A stretch of DNA of 64,000 bases from an uncultured Acidobacteriota bacterium (GCA_963772255.1 CAVYWK010000022.1:65388-129387); one strand, 5' to 3'; counted from the stretch's first letter, positions 19,776 to 28,120 are shown. The notes: generated from the sequence alone by a model not told the origin. Made by a program: numbers and translations.

Positions 19776-20713
19776 GCGACGAGCGCCGCCTCGACCCTCC
19801 GTCCGAGAGGCTCCCCGCCCGGGACCGCCCCGCCTCCGATTCACGCCGCAAGTTCCTGCAGGCCGCCGGCTGCGCCGCCGTGGCCACCGCCCTCACGGGG
19901 TGCAAGCACCTGACCATGGAGGAGTTTCTCCAGCACAACTTCAGGGAACTGAACAAGGAGGAGCTGCGGCAGATCATCGCGCGCCTGGAAAAGGAATACT
20001 CGGCCAAGTTCGGTAAGGCGGTGACGGTGGGGACCGAGCCTCCCATGAAGGGCGTGGTCTTCGGATACGCTCTGGACCTCTCGCGGTGCATCGGGTGCCG
20101 GCGGTGCGTGTACGCCTGCGTGAAGGAGAACAACCAATCGCGGGACCCGCAGATCCAGTGGATCCGAGTCCTTCAGATGGACAAGGCGGAAGGCGTCAAC
20201 ATCCGCCACGCGGACCCCTACTACGATCCGCCCCTCGTCCCCCAGGAGGGCCACTTCTACATGCCCGTCCAGTGCCACCAGTGCAAGAACCCGCCCTGCG
20301 TGAAGGTCTGCCCGGTGAAGGCCACGTGGCAGGAGCCCGACGGCATCACGGTGGTGGATTACAACTGGTGCATCGGGTGCCGCTACTGCATGGCCGCGTG
20401 CCCTTACGGCGCGCGCCACTTGAACTGGGGCGAACCGAACCTCCCCAAGGAAGAGATGAACCCCGTCACCCACTACCTGGGAAACCGGCCCAGGGCCAAG
20501 GGGGTGGTGGAGAAGTGCACGTTCTGCATCCAGCGGACGCGCAAGGGCCTCTATCCCGCCTGCGTGGAGGCGTGTCCCACGGGGACTCGCAAGTTCGGCA
20601 ACCTCCTGGATCCCCAGAGCGAGATACGGTACATCATCGAGAACAAGCGGGTCTTCCTCTTCAAGGAGGATCTCAACACCCAGCCCAAGTTCTACTACTT
20701 CTACGGAGTCTGA
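19772..20713 (+). CDS. Tat-exported 4Fe-4S ferredoxin-type subunit (NrfC/HybA/PsrB-like)
   Basis: 313 aa. Tat motif SRRKFLQAAG. Cluster motifs CIGCRRCVYAC, CHQCKNPPC, CIGCRYCMAACP, CTFC..C. It overlaps the upstream stop by 4 nt. Confidence 0.85.
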   Translation: MSDERRLDPPSERLPARDRPASDSRRKFLQAAGCAAVATALTGCKHLTMEEFLQHNFRELNKEELRQIIARLEKEYSAKFGKAVTVGTEPPMKGVVFGYALDLSRCIGCRRCVYACVKENNQSRDPQIQWIRVLQMDKAEGVNIRHADPYYDPPLVPQEGHFYMPVQCHQCKNPPCVKVCPVKATWQEPDGITVVDYNWCIGCRYCMAACPYGARHLNWGEPNLPKEEMNPVTHYLGNRPRAKGVVEKCTFCIQRTRKGLYPACVEACPTGTRKFGNLLDPQSEIRYIIENKRVFLFKEDLNTQPKFYYFYGV

Positions 20714-20714
20714 G

Positions 20715-21950
20715 GTGAGAGAGACCGTGCGGTCGTTCTGGCACTTCTGTCTCGAAAGCCCCAGGCTCCTCGTGGTGGGCAACCGGTACTACTACGGCTG
20801 GGTGGCCTTCCTCCTGGCCCTCATCGGGGCGGGGATCTTCGCCTACATGGGACAGGTCCAGGAGGGCCTCATCCAAACCCACATGCGGGACCAGGTCTCG
20901 TGGGGCTTCTACATCGGCAACTTCACCTTCCTCGTGGGGATCGCGGCGGCGGCCATCATGCTGGTGATCCCCGCCTACGTCTACGAGTGGAAGCCCATCA
21001 AGGAGGTCGCCATCCTGGGCGAGCTCCTCGCCATCAGCGCCCTCGTCATGTGCCTCTGCTTCGTCCTGGTGGACATCGGCCGGCCCGACCGGTTCTGGCA
21101 CATCACCCCCATCGTGGGGCTCCTGAACTTCCCGAGCTCCCTCCTGGCCTGGGATGTCCTGGCGCTCAACGGCTACCTGCTCCTCAACTGGTTCGTCGTC
21201 ACCTACCTGCTCTACTGCGCCTACACGGACCGGCACTACATCAAGAACCTCGTCTACCCGCTGGTGTTCCTCTCCATCCCCATGGCCGTGAGCATCCACA
21301 CGGTAACGGCCTATCTGTACAACGGCCTGGGGGCGAGGCCCTACTGGAACTCCGCCATCCTGGCGCCGCGCTTCCTCGCCTCGGCCTTCTGCTCGGGGCC
21401 AGCCATCCTCCTCATCCTTTTGCAGATCCTGCGCAAGACCACGCGGCTGGAAATCAAGGACGAGGCCATTTTCAAGATCGCCGAGCTCATGGCGTACACC
21501 ATGGGGTTCAACCTCTTCCTCACCGCTGCGGAGGCCTTCAAGGAGTTCTACACGAACAGCGAGGACGTGGTTTTCATCCGGTACCTCTACCTGGGGCTCG
21601 AGGGCCACCACACCCTGGTGCCTTACGCATGGGCGTCCGTGGGCTGCGGCCTGGTGGCCTTTCTCCTGTTCCTCGTGCCCAGGACCCGCAAAAACTGGAT
21701 CACGCTCAACATCGGGTGCGTCCTGATCTACGCCAGCGTCTACATCGAGAAGGGCATGGGACTCATCATCCCGGGGCTCACGCCGGACACCCTGGGCGAA
21801 ATTTACACCTACAGGCCTTCGGCGACGGAGATCTTCGTGGCCGCGGGCATTTTCGCCCTGGGGTTCCTGGTCTTCACCCTCATGCTGAAGATCGCCGTAC
21901 CTCTCATGCTGGGCGAGTTCACCGCCACCAAACGATGCCCTTCCGTTTGA
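20715..21950 (+). CDS. NrfD/HmcC/DsrP-like integral membrane subunit
   Basis: 411 aa and polytopic. A GTG start lies 1 nt after the FeS gene stop, indicating tight coupling. Confidence 0.85.
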   Translation: MRETVRSFWHFCLESPRLLVVGNRYYYGWVAFLLALIGAGIFAYMGQVQEGLIQTHMRDQVSWGFYIGNFTFLVGIAAAAIMLVIPAYVYEWKPIKEVAILGELLAISALVMCLCFVLVDIGRPDRFWHITPIVGLLNFPSSLLAWDVLALNGYLLLNWFVVTYLLYCAYTDRHYIKNLVYPLVFLSIPMAVSIHTVTAYLYNGLGARPYWNSAILAPRFLASAFCSGPAILLILLQILRKTTRLEIKDEAIFKIAELMAYTMGFNLFLTAAEAFKEFYTNSEDVVFIRYLYLGLEGHHTLVPYAWASVGCGLVAFLLFLVPRTRKNWITLNIGCVLIYASVYIEKGMGLIIPGLTPDTLGEIYTYRPSATEIFVAAGIFALGFLVFTLMLKIAVPLMLGEFTATKRCPSV

Positions 21951-22029
21951 CAGCCCCCGAACCGGGCTGATAGGCTCAGTCTTCGGCGGGGCCTGCGGTT
22001 GCCTCCGCTATCCGGTCCGGGGGGCCCTG

Positions 22030-22827
22030 GTGATACGCCGTCTTCGCATTCTCTTCCAGGTTGTGATGGTGGTGGCTGCAGCGGCGGTCGGTATCCGTTA
22101 CGCCATGGGCTGGGCGCTCACTTCGGTGGAGAAATACTGCCCCTTCGGAGGCCTGGAGACGGCCTACGCCCTCATCGCGCGAAAGCGATTCACCTGCGCC
22201 GCGGGGGAGCTGAACCTGGCCCTCTTCATCGCCCTCATCGCCCTCACGCTCCTGGCGAGGAAAGCCTTTTGCGGGTGGGCCTGCCCCCTGGGGGCCGTCT
22301 TCGAATGGACGGGGCGCCTGGGCAGGCGTCTGTTCAAGCGTGAGACGTTCCAGGGGCTCTGGATCATTCCTCCCAAGGTGGACGCGGCGCTCAAGATCGC
22401 CCTCCGATGCATCGTGACGGCCGTCATCCTCGCGGCCACCTGGGCCACGGGAGAGCTGGTCTTCCGGGGGTACGACCCCTACTACATCCTCTTCAGCGCC
22501 CACGGACACGATGTGCGGATGTGGAGCTACGGCATACTGGGGGCGCTGGTCCTCCTGGGATTGCTGGTCCCTCTGTCCTGGTGTAAATACCTCTGCCCGC
22601 TGGGAGCCGTCCTCTGGCCCTTCTCCGCCGCGGGGCGCCTCCGCCTGGAACGCTCGGAGGACCACTGCACGGGATGCGGATCGTGCGACGATGCCTGTCC
22701 TCAGGCGCTGGATGTGTCGGAGGTCTTGGGCGTACGCTCCGGAGAGTGCACGCTCTGCCTGGAATGCACGGCTGCATGCCCCGCGCAGGGCGCGTTGGAG
22801 CTGCGATGGAAGGGCGTGGCCCCATGA
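22030..22827 (+). CDS. NapH/MauN-like membrane-bound 4Fe-4S protein
   Basis: 265 aa. It has repeated CPxG motifs within TM segments (CPFGG, CGWACPLG, CKYLCPLG) and a C-terminal 2x CxxCxxC ferredoxin part (CTGCGSCDDACP, CTLCLECTAACP). Confidence 0.75.
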   Translation: MIRRLRILFQVVMVVAAAAVGIRYAMGWALTSVEKYCPFGGLETAYALIARKRFTCAAGELNLALFIALIALTLLARKAFCGWACPLGAVFEWTGRLGRRLFKRETFQGLWIIPPKVDAALKIALRCIVTAVILAATWATGELVFRGYDPYYILFSAHGHDVRMWSYGILGALVLLGLLVPLSWCKYLCPLGAVLWPFSAAGRLRLERSEDHCTGCGSCDDACPQALDVSEVLGVRSGECTLCLECTAACPAQGALELRWKGVAP

Positions 22828-23219
22828 AGACGCCCCAGTGGGTCGTGCCCGCGCTCGTCGTTCTCTTCGCCGCCCTGGGCATCGGAGGAGCGAGGCTCCT
22901 CGCCATCCCGAGCGTGGTGAGAGACTTCGCCCCCGCCGGATCGGGACCCCTGCGGACGACGCTCCTGGTCGTGGACGGCGTGAAGTGCGTGGACACGGCC
23001 GAGCGCGCTGCGAACCAATTCAAAGAAGTGCCGGGGGTCGTGCGCCTCGTGGCCTACGCCTCGCGCAACCGCGTCGAGGTGACCTTTCGGCCCGAGGTCA
23101 CCGATGTGACGAAGATCAAGGACGCCATCGAGGGACCGGTGTATGATGAGACCTCGAAGGAGTATCTCTTCGGCGTCTACAAGGTCGTCGAAGTGGATGG
23201 GGTGGAAGTCCAACGCTAA
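22824..23219 (+). CDS. membrane-anchored protein with an HMA-like (ferredoxin-fold) domain lacking the CxxC metal site
   Basis: This is the inner start of ORF 22674..23219, with an ATGA overlap on the upstream stop. It has an N-terminal TM helix. LLVVDGVKCVDTAERAANQFKEVPGVVRLVAYASRNRVEVTF resembles a heavy-metal-associated fold. The assignment is tentative. Confidence 0.45.
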   Translation: MKTPQWVVPALVVLFAALGIGGARLLAIPSVVRDFAPAGSGPLRTTLLVVDGVKCVDTAERAANQFKEVPGVVRLVAYASRNRVEVTFRPEVTDVTKIKDAIEGPVYDETSKEYLFGVYKVVEVDGVEVQR

Positions 23220-23295
23220 TACCGTGTTCCCCGCCGGGAAACGGCCGGGGCTACTTCAGTCAGCGAAACGCGCTGAACCACACAGGAGGATCGGA

Positions 23296-23712
23296 ATGTC
23301 GTTCAAGAAGCTCGCCGTCATCGCCCTCGCCTCGCTCGTCCTCGCCGCCCTTCCCCTCTTGGCCGGGGACGCCGTTCCCGCCGGAAACGCAACGACGAAG
23401 GTCGAAGCAGCCAAGGGCCCAGAAACGGCCGTCTTCGCCATCCCCGGCCTGAAAGATGAAGCCCTCGTCAAGAACCTCAACTCGGCCCTCGCCAAGGAGG
23501 TCGGCATCATGGCGGCCAAGGCCGACGCCGAGAATGGCAAGTTCATGGTCACCTTCGAGCCGGGCAAGACCAATCCCGAAACCCTCGGCAAGGCCCTCGC
23601 CAAGGTCTCCCCCGAAGCCAAGTTCGAGAAGGTCCAGGCCGCTGACCCGGCGGCCGCCAAGCACGACTGCTCCAAGTGCCCGAGCAAGTCCACCTGCGGC
23701 AAGCACAAGTAG
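23296..23712 (+). CDS. secreted HMA-like domain protein with Cys-rich C-terminal tail (CSKCPSKSTCGKHK)
   Basis: This is the inner start of ORF 23143..23712, with AGGAGGA upstream of ATG 23296. It has a signal peptide, and AVFAIPGLKDEALVKNLNSALAKEVGIMAAKADAENGKFMVTF is HMA-like. Confidence 0.45.
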   Translation: MSFKKLAVIALASLVLAALPLLAGDAVPAGNATTKVEAAKGPETAVFAIPGLKDEALVKNLNSALAKEVGIMAAKADAENGKFMVTFEPGKTNPETLGKALAKVSPEAKFEKVQAADPAAAKHDCSKCPSKSTCGKHK

Positions 23713-23815
23713 AAAGTGAAAGGTTAGAAGTGAGAAGTGAAAAGTCAGCAGGGAAACGGGGGTGAGTATCTGGATTCGCTCTTGCTTTTCACTTCTTACT
23801 TTTCACTTTTTACTG
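23711..23815. terminator. long hairpin made of period-7 repeats (GTGAAAA/GTGAGAA vs CTTTTCA/CTTCTTA) between convergent genes; likely bidirectional terminator
   Basis: The left arm 23711-23750 and right arm 23778-23815 are near-complementary. They are followed by the palindrome CTGTTAACTAACAG, which carries stops in several frames. Confidence 0.6.
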
Positions 23816-23826
23816 TTAACTAACAG

Positions 23827-24297
23827 CTAACCCTTCTCCAGTTTGAGGAGTTGCTTTTTCATCTTCGGCCCGCCGCCGAACCCGCCGAGCCCCTCTTTGG
23901 CCACGACCCTATGGCACGGGATGATGACGGGGATGCGGTTGGCCCCGCAGGCCCCGCCGACGGCGCGCACGGCCTTGGGGCGACCGGCCCAGCGGGCCAA
24001 GTCGCCGTAGCTGACGACCTCTCCGTAGGGCACCTCGCGCAGGGCGGCCCACACATTGCTTTGGAAGGCCGTGCCGGGAGGATCCGGGTCGAGGGGCAGG
24101 TCAAAAGCCTGGCGGCGCCCTTGGAAGTACTCCTCAAGCTCCTTCTTGACCCTTTTGAAGAGCGGCGCCACGGGCCTGGGGACGGGACCGTCGGGCGCCA
24201 CGCCCCCGAAGTCGATGCGATGCACGGCGTCCTCGGAGAGGGTCACGTCGAGGCGTCCGATGGGGCTCTCCAGCCCCAGGGTGATCTTGCCCTTCAT
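23827..24297 (-). CDS. ogt: methylated-DNA--protein-cysteine methyltransferase
   Basis: Starts MKGKITLGLESPIG and has the active-site PCHRVV. Its ATG overlaps the queF stop (ATGA). Confidence 0.85.
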   Translation of the reverse strand: MKGKITLGLESPIGRLDVTLSEDAVHRIDFGGVAPDGPVPRPVAPLFKRVKKELEEYFQGRRQAFDLPLDPDPPGTAFQSNVWAALREVPYGEVVSYGDLARWAGRPKAVRAVGGACGANRIPVIIPCHRVVAKEGLGGFGGGPKMKKQLLKLEKG

Positions 24298-24692
24298 GAT
24301 CCGAACCCCCCTTTCTTGGCGTAGGTGGCCACCACGGAAGCGCTCAGCCCGCCGCGCGCGTTGAACACGCCCGTGAGGCTCGCCTGCTCGGGCTTGCACG
24401 CGGCCACCACGTCACGAAGCACGCGGTTCACCGCGTTCTCGTAAAAAATGCCCAGGCTCCGGTAGGCGAGAAGGTACTCCTTGTACGACTTGAGTTCCAG
24501 GCAGGCCTTCCCCGGCGTGTACCGCAGGACGAGGAGGCCGAAGTCGGGCAGGCCCGTTTTGGGACAGACGGACGTGAACTCGGGGGACTCGATGGTGATC
24601 TCGTAGCTCGGAAACTGGTTGGGCCAGGTCTCGATGGCCGGGAGTCTTTCGTCCAGACCCTTCTTCGCGTGCTCCTTCGTATAGCCGTTCAT
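24294..24692 (-). CDS. queF: NADPH-dependent 7-cyano-7-deazaguanine (preQ0) reductase
   Basis: Starts MNGYTKEH. It has the catalytic Cys context SVCPKTGLPDF and the QueF motif ELKSYKEYL. Confidence 0.85.
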   Translation of the reverse strand: MNGYTKEHAKKGLDERLPAIETWPNQFPSYEITIESPEFTSVCPKTGLPDFGLLVLRYTPGKACLELKSYKEYLLAYRSLGIFYENAVNRVLRDVVAACKPEQASLTGVFNARGGLSASVVATYAKKGGFGS

Positions 24693-24719
24693 GGGGGCAG
24701 CCCTCCGCAGGGTAAAGGT

Positions 24720-24800
24720 GATCAAGGGATCGGGTGATCGGGTGATGCGGTGATCACTGGGCCACTCGATCACTTGGTCACCTGGTCACTCGATCACCTC
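24720..24800. repeat. inverted pair of period-8 repeat arms (GATCGGGT-type / GATCACYT-type)
   Basis: The sequence gatcaagggatcgggtgatcgggtgatgcggtgatcac | tgggccactcgatcacttggtcacctggtcactcgatcacc. The right arm includes the last five codons and the stop of the glutaredoxin gene. Confidence 0.8.
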
Positions 24801-25052
24801 TTTAATCAGCTTCTCCAACTCGCCGCTCCTGTTCAACGCCTCCAGGTCGTCACAGCCTCCGATGTGCTTGTCTCCGAAGAAAATCTGGGGTACCGTCTGT
24901 CGCCCCGAACGCCTCTCGCACTCCCCCCAACGCTCCGGGTGGTGGTCCAGGTTCACTTCCTCGAAGGCCACCCCCTTCTTCTTGAGCATCTTCTTCGCGG
25001 CGATGCAATAGGGACAGATGGTCATGGTGTAGATGATCACGTTCGCCGACAT
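24786..25052 (-). CDS. glutaredoxin
   Basis: 88 aa with the CPYC active site and a GGxdD motif (HIGGCDDL). GGAGGA precedes the ATG. Confidence 0.9.
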   Translation of the reverse strand: MSANVIIYTMTICPYCIAAKKMLKKKGVAFEEVNLDHHPERWGECERRSGRQTVPQIFFGDKHIGGCDDLEALNRSGELEKLIKEVIE

Positions 25053-25110
25053 GGTTCCTCCATCTCACCCGGCCACGGTAGCATCGAGCGGTACGGGAGG
25101 CAAAGGCGAA

Positions 25111-25310
25111 GGAGCCGGGAGCAGGGAGTGGGAAGCAGGGAGCCGAACCTAAATCCCATGGCCGGCGTATTCTCAGTTCCCCGGTTTCCTAGCCCCGAAG
25201 TCCACAATCACCCAATCACGAACTTTGGATGGCGATCAGAGTGGAGCGGCCCAACGGGACCCATGCTTTCCCCTGCTCCGTTCTCCCTACTCCCTGCTCC
25301 CTGCTCCCTG
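25111..25310. repeat. GGGAGCR period-7 arm (25111-25145) and complementary GCTCCCY arm (25266-25310) about 120 bp apart in a divergent promoter region
   Basis: The arms ggagccgggagcagggagtgggaagcagggagccg ... ctttcccctgctccgttctccctactccctgctccctgctccctg lie between the grx start and the dedA start. Confidence 0.75.
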
Positions 25311-25382
25311 ATAGCGTCTTATCATTTGACTTTCCCGGCCTCATCTTGCATCCTCAGGATTCGCTTTAGGGGGACCGCAAGC

Positions 25383-26057
25383 ATGGAACTGCTGAAGGAA
25401 CTGCTGGGCGCGCTGCACGACCCCGACAAGCTCCGGGCCCTCATCCTCTGGGGGAGCTACCCCGTCCTCTTCGGCATCGTCTATTCGGAAACGGGGCTCA
25501 TGGTGGGGTTTTTCCTGCCCGGCGATTCCCTGCTGGTGACGGCGGGGATCCTGGCGGGTCAAGGGTATTTGAACCCCTGGACCCTGTGCGGGCTGCTCAT
25601 CGCCGCCGCCGTGCTGGGAGACAACACGGGCTACTGGATCGGTCGGAAGACCGGGCCCCTCCTGTTCACCCGGCCCAAGTCGCTCCTCTTCAACCCCTCC
25701 CACGTGAAGCGCGCCCAGGGCTTTTACGACAAATACGGAGCCAAGACCGTGGTGCTCTGCCGCTTCGTGCCCATCGTGCGGACCTTCGCCCCGGTGGTGG
25801 CCGGCGTGGGCAAGATGGTTTACCGGCGGTACGTGGCCTTCAGTATCATGGGGGGCATCGCCTGGATTTCGAGCATGATCCTCACGGGTTACTTTCTGGG
25901 GAGCATCCCGGGAGTGAACCGCTATCTCCACCTCATCATCCTCTCGGTCATCTTCCTTTCCATCCTGCCCGCCATCATCGAAATCTGGCGCGAGAGGAAA
26001 AAGCGACCGACAGGGAGCGGGGAGCGGGGAGCAGGAGTGGGGGACGAAAACCCCTGA
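25383..26057 (+). CDS. DedA-family inner membrane protein
   Basis: Starts MELLKELLGAL and has the DedA signature (GFFLPGDSLLVTAGILAG .. GRFVP-like CRFVPIVRTFAPVVAGV). The last ~12 codons (GSGERGAGVGD) are encoded by a GGGAGCR repeat array at 26011-26045. Confidence 0.85.
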   Translation: MELLKELLGALHDPDKLRALILWGSYPVLFGIVYSETGLMVGFFLPGDSLLVTAGILAGQGYLNPWTLCGLLIAAAVLGDNTGYWIGRKTGPLLFTRPKSLLFNPSHVKRAQGFYDKYGAKTVVLCRFVPIVRTFAPVVAGVGKMVYRRYVAFSIMGGIAWISSMILTGYFLGSIPGVNRYLHLIILSVIFLSILPAIIEIWRERKKRPTGSGERGAGVGDENP

Positions 26058-26099
26058 CAACCAAGGATGGCCTCTGGCTGGCATCGCGCGGCCCATGCG

Positions 26100-27734
26100 G
26101 GTTTACTCGGCGGTCTTTTAGCTACGAACGAAATTTCCCTAATGACCTCGTAGCACGGCAGCGGCGCCCGCAGCCCCTTCACCTTCACATCGCCGATCTT
26201 GCGGCACTCGAATTTCCCGCCCAGGTGCTGGCGGGTGTGTTCGCCGACGATGATCTGGCCCGGTTCGGCCACCTGGGACTGGAGGCGCGACGCGGCGTTC
26301 ACGGTGGTGCCCAGGACGCTGTACTCCATGCGCCGGGGGCTTCCGATGTCTCCCGCCACCACGGACCCCGTGTTCACGCCGATGCGAAAATTGAGCGGCG
26401 CCACACCGGGCCGGCTCGCGTTGAAGTCCGACAGGGCAACTCTCATCTCCAGGGCCGCGCGCACAGCCCTGCACGGCGTGGTCCCCCGAGGCCAGGGGCG
26501 CTCCGAAAATGGCCATGATGCAGTCGCCGATGAACTTGTCCAGCGTGCCCTCGTGGGCGAAGATCACATCGGTCATGGTGGCGAAGTACGCGTTGAGGAG
26601 CGTGGCCACATCCCGGGGCGACATGGCCTCGGACATGGAGGTGAATCCCACCAGGTCCGCGAAGAGCACCGTCGCGTCCAGCTCCCGCACCTCGAGGGTG
26701 AAGTCCTCCCGCGGTACCGCTCCCGACGATCCGCTCCACCACGGACGGGGAGTGGTAGCGCTCCAGGCGGCTCTTGGCGATGCGCTCCGCCTCGAGGACC
26801 GCGCGGAGATCGGCCTGCTGGATGCCCACCGCCGCATACCCTCCCAGAGCGGTGAGAAGGTCCAGGTCCAACTCTTCGTAGGCCTTCACCTTCATGGGGG
26901 TGTCCACATAGATGAGGCCCAGGACCTTGTCCTCCGCCTTGAGGGGAACGCACAGCGCCGACCGGATGCCCAGGAAGCGGATGGACTCGCCCGCCTCGAA
27001 TCTCGGGTCCACCTGGGCGTCCTGGCTCAGGATCGCCACGCCTTCCTTGAAGACCTTGTGGGCGATGGTGCGGCTGATCTGGATGGTGCCCTTGGATTCT
27101 CCCAGCTGGCGCACGCACCGGGGTTGCAGCTCGCCCGACACCGGGTCGGACAGGAGGATCGCGGCCCGCTGAGCTTGAACGTGCTGAAAGATCACATCCA
27201 TGATCTTCTCGAGGACCTGTTCCACGGTGGCCGCGGAGAGGAGCGTCCGGCTCACCTCCGAGAGGACCACGAGGATGCGGCTGGCCCTCGCGAGGCGGTC
27301 GATGCCCTTCTGGTCCGAGGACCCGCCGCTCGGCGGCGGGCGCCGCGGAGAGCATGTCCCTCACCTCCTCGGGGGAACGAATGATGGTCCCCTCGCCGAT
27401 GGGCGTGTCCAGTCCCCCACCCCCGGGCTCGATGCGCACTTCGGAGTTCAGCTCCTCCTCGAACCGCACCTCGAACCGCCCGAAGACCAGCGTGCTTCCG
27501 GGCATCAGCCTGGACTCCTGGACGAGAAGCGCCGTTGACCTGCGTCCCGTTTCGGGAACCCAGGTCGCGAAGGCTCCACCCCGACGCGGTGCGGACCAGC
27601 TCGGCGTGGTTCCGGGAGACGGTGTGATCGGCCAGGACCAAGTCGTTGTCGGCCATGCGCCCGATGGTCACCCGGTCCTTCTTCAGAGGAACGGAGCGGG
27701 TCTCATCGTTGAGCGTATAAACGAGCCTGAACAT
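26100..27734 (-). pseudogene. FHA - GAF - class III adenylate/guanylate cyclase, interrupted by four (possibly five) frameshifts
   Basis: FHA domain: [33 protein letters not shown] (ORF 27252..27794). Linker (ORF 26573..27505). GAF domain (ORF 26443..27270). Cyclase core: ATVLFADLVGFT..FIGDCIMAIFGAP (ORF 26139..26837) and RIGVNTGSVVAGDIG..YSVLGTTVNAASRL (ORF 25922..26464). The native stop is uncertain. As given, the last frame stays open to 25922 and overlaps dedA. Confidence 0.8.
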
Positions 27735-27809
27735 GGAGACCTCGATTCTTGGGGCTGAACCCGCAATATTCTCCCAAATATCCGCGGGGCGCACAATGGG
27801 GGGAGATCA

Positions 27810-28120
27810 TCCTAATTCCGCGATTGAATTCACTTGCCTTCGAATCGTGGGTGGTTTCGGATGCGTGCGGCTCGACCTCCGGGACGGGGAAGGCCCATTC
27901 CCTCCACGCCCCGCGGGCAAAGCCCGACGGAGCGCTCAGTCACCCTTTGGGGCCCTCCACGCCCCGCGGGCAAAGCCCGACGGAGGACCCCAACCCACCC
28001 TTGGGGCTTTCCCGCCAGAAAGCATCTCGAGCGGAGGTGGCCCCGCTCACCTGCCCGGTGAACGGAGCATGTCGGCAAAGGTGCTTTAGGCCCATTCTGG
28101 CCGCCCTCATCGCGGAACCT
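27810..28120 (+). mobile_element. MITE-like element, copy 1 (~311 bp) with imperfect terminal inverted repeats and a 9-bp flanking direct repeat
   Basis: The left end is tcctAATTCCGCGATTGA and the right end is TCATCGCGGAACCt. It is flanked by GGGAGATCA at 27801-27809 and 28121-28129. It is related over most of its length to 49437-49764 (reverse orientation). It contains an internal tandem duplication (27900-27952 / 27953-28005). Confidence 0.7.
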
